Origin: Alphaproteobacteria bacterium
GTDB lineage: Bacteria > Myxococcota_A > UBA796 > GCA-2862545
NCBI GenBank assembly: GCA_020632885.1
Contig: JACKEQ010000004.1
Span: 73,361 to 105,360, forward strand
Direction of reading: 5' to 3'
DNA length: 32,000 bases
Position numbers and translations under genes: made by a program. The notes beneath the pieces were generated by a model, which saw only the letters and a program-made list of their open reading frames with translations, ran no database searches and was not told the origin of the DNA. Shown one piece after another: positions 30,011 to 32,000 of the stretch (its first letter is position 1; every line of letters begins with the position of its first letter).

Positions 30011-32000
30011 TTGCTCGCCGTCCAGCTCGAGGAACGCTTCCGGGAGGCCCTCTCGGACCTCCACGGGACGGGTTCCGTGGTGGACGACCGCGACGCGTCC
30101 ATCCGGTTCGCCGTGGAGTTCGCAGGTCTGCTCTCGCGCATCGTGCCCGAGGACAGCCCGGCGGACGCGGTGGCCCGCATGGGGTCCTCGATCCTCGCGC
30201 GCACCGACCTCTCCGAGGAGGAGGTGCAGCTCCTGATCGGCCTCGCGATGCGCCCGGAGCACCGCTCGCCCATCGACGAGGACGCCCTGCGCGCCTTCGG
30301 CGGGCGCTTCGGCACGGGGGCGGAGCAGGCCCTGCGGGCCGCGGTGGCCGAGGAGATCGACCTCGCCGGCTTCGCCGAGCGCTACGGCGAGGCCGAGGGG
30401 CTCCTGCTGCTCGACGCGCTGTTCGGGATCTGCGCGGTGGACGGCGTCATCGACGCCAACGAGATCGCGCGGCTGGAGGAGGCCGCCCAGCAGCTCGGCG
30501 TGGACGCCATGCTCGTGAGCGCCCTGTTCCGCAAGCACGACAACCGCTACGCCACGGGCGACTTCACCTTCGACCTCACGGGCAACGAGTACATCGTCGG
30601 GCGCTCGGCCGGGGCCGCCATCCGCCTGCCGGACCCGTTGGTCGGGAGCCGCCACTGCCGGCTGGTGCGCGAGGGCGACCACTGGCGTGTGGTGGACATC
30701 GACTCCGGTCGCCCCACCCTGCTCGACGGCACCGCGGTGGCCTCGGCCCCCTTCCGCCACCCGTCCGTGCTCAAGGTGGGCAGCTACTCGCTGGAGCTCA
30801 CGCCCGACGAGAAGCAGCTCCGGGCCTTCGGCAGCGGCTCGTTCTCCGCGCTGTCCGTCCGCAACCTCGTGCGGCGCATCGGGGGCACGAGCCTCCTCGA
30901 CGACGTCAGCTTCACCGTGTTCTCCGGAGAGGTGGTCGCCGTCGTCGGCCCGTCGGGCGCCGGGAAGACCACCCTGCTCAACGCGATCGCCGGCATCGCC
31001 CCCGCGGACACCGGGAGCGTCATCCTCGACGGACGCAACTTCCACGTGCTGCTGGGCGAGGACCGCTCGTTGATCGGCAACGTCCCCCAGGACGACGTCG
31101 TGCACGCCGAGCTCACCGTGGAGGAGGCCCTCTTCTACGCCGCCCGGCTGCGGTTCCCCGCGGGCACGAGCCGCGACGAGGTGCAGGCCGAGGTCGACCG
31201 GGTGCTCGACGAGCTCGACATCACGCACATCCGGCACAGCCGCATCGGTGACGAGGTGCGCCGGGGCATCTCGGGGGGGCAGCGCAAGCGGGTGAACCTC
31301 GGGCAGGAGCTCCTCACGCGCTCCACCCGGGTGCTCTTCCTCGACGAGCCCACCAGCGGGCTGGATCCGCAGACCGGCCAGGACATCGTCGGGCTCATCC
31401 GCCAGCTCGCGGACGGCGGGCGCATCGTGTTCCTGGTCACCCACGACATCACGCCGGCCGTGCTCGACCAGGTGGACCACCTCATGGTGCTCGCGCCGGG
31501 CGGGCGCCTCGCGTGGTTCGGGCCCCCGGAGGAGGCCAACGTCTTCTTCGGTGTGCGCAGCGCCGACGGCATCTTCTCGCGGCTCGCGGAGCACCCGCCC
31601 GAGGTCTGGGGCCAGCGGTACCGCGAGGGGCAGGCCGGCAGGAAGTTCGTGAAGACCCGGGAGCACCTCCTCGGTCTCGACGGGGTGGACGCGAGCGAGC
31701 AGGCCCAGCGGCCCCGTCGCGGCGGGTTCGTCTCCCAGCTCCGCACCCTGACGTCCCGCTACGCGCGCGTGAAGCTCCGGGACCGCGGCGGTCTCGCCGT
31801 CCTGCTCGCCCAGGCGCCCATCCTCGGGCTGGCGATGTGGGTGGTCTTCCCGGCTGCGGACATCAACAGCCTGTTCATGCTCGCCCTGTCGTCGCTGTGG
31901 TTCGGCGCGTCCGCCAGCGTGCGCGAGCTCATCGCGGAACGCTCGATCTGGCGCCGCGAGTCGCGCGTCGGGCTGCGCACCTCGTCCTACCTGCTCTCCA
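30011..32000 (+). CDS. TerB-like / FHA / ABC transporter ATP-binding + ABC-2 permease fusion (ABCG-type exporter); 3' end cut by the window edge
   Basis: Absent from the track (runs off the right edge). Hand translation shows LLLLDALFGICAVDGVIDANEIARLEEAA (TerB-like) and YIVGRSAGAAIRLPDPLVGSRHCRLV...WRVVDIDSG (FHA). ABC motifs are GPSGAGKTTL, VPQDD, ISGGQRKRV, VLFLDEPTSGLD and VTHD, followed by the start of the permease. The start is uncertain: TTG 30011 is the first start after an in-frame TAG at 30002, and the alternatives are GTG 30077 and ATG 30179. Confidence 0.9.
   Translation, partial: MLAVQLEERFREALSDLHGTGSVVDDRDASIRFAVEFAGLLSRIVPEDSPADAVARMGSSILARTDLSEEEVQLLIGLAMRPEHRSPIDEDALRAFGGRFGTGAEQALRAAVAEEIDLAGFAERYGEAEGLLLLDALFGICAVDGVIDANEIARLEEAAQQLGVDAMLVSALFRKHDNRYATGDFTFDLTGNEYIVGRSAGAAIRLPDPLVGSRHCRLVREGDHWRVVDIDSGRPTLLDGTAVASAPFRHPSVLKVGSYSLELTPDEKQLRAFGSGSFSALSVRNLVRRIGGTSLLDDVSFTVFSGEVVAVVGPSGAGKTTLLNAIAGIAPADTGSVILDGRNFHVLLGEDRSLIGNVPQDDVVHAELTVEEALFYAARLRFPAGTSRDEVQAEVDRVLDELDITHIRHSRIGDEVRRGISGGQRKRVNLGQELLTRSTRVLFLDEPTSGLDPQTGQDIVGLIRQLADGGRIVFLVTHDITPAVLDQVDHLMVLAPGGRLAWFGPPEEANVFFGVRSADGIFSRLAEHPPEVWGQRYREGQAGRKFVKTREHLLGLDGVDASEQAQRPRRGGFVSQLRTLTSRYARVKLRDRGGLAVLLAQAPILGLAMWVVFPAADINSLFMLALSSLWFGASASVRELIAERSIWRRESRVGLRTSSYLLS

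Overview
The window is very GC-rich (by eye about 70%, not computed) and almost fully coding. It looks like bacterial chromosome from a myxobacterium (Myxococcota). The clues are a MYXO-CTERM-type sorting tail, a TSP3-repeat OmpA protein, a WGR/TIGR02996/LRR protein, many lipoproteins and heavy use of GTG/TTG starts. I support 33 CDS, one coding tandem repeat, one sorting-signal segment and one candidate SOS operator. I see no rRNA, tRNA, CRISPR array, transposase, integrase or compositional island. Most of the longest ORFs in the track are antisense shadows typical of high-GC DNA. I chose frames by amino-acid composition, third-position GC, recognisable motifs, Shine-Dalgarno spacing and stop/start coupling. 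Two real genes are missing from the track because they run off the edges: prc (1..1559, minus strand) and a TerB-FHA-ABC exporter (30011..32000, plus strand). Genes sit in tight operons joined by 4-nt GTGA/ATGA stop-start overlaps. There are four candidates for an undescribed system. (1) An ABC-type ATPase fused to an AbrB/MazE-like antitoxin domain overlaps a PIN/VapC-like gene (6404-8147). (2) Directly upstream on the same strand is a five-gene operon of a WGR-LRR protein, an AP-superfamily hydrolase, a PDZ protein and two radical SAM enzymes, resembling the uncharacterised STM4011-STM4015 cluster (8199-13306). (3) A six-gene envelope operon encodes an LTD lipoprotein, VTC, DUF4956, HlyD, a zinc-ribbon protein and a TPR protein (16017-20523). 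(4) Downstream of dinB lies a cluster of a Cys8 tail-anchored protein, a RavA-like AAA+ ATPase, a ViaA-sized partner without an obvious MIDAS motif, and two paralogous small membrane proteins (22539-25986). All family assignments are by-eye motif recognition; no searches were run.
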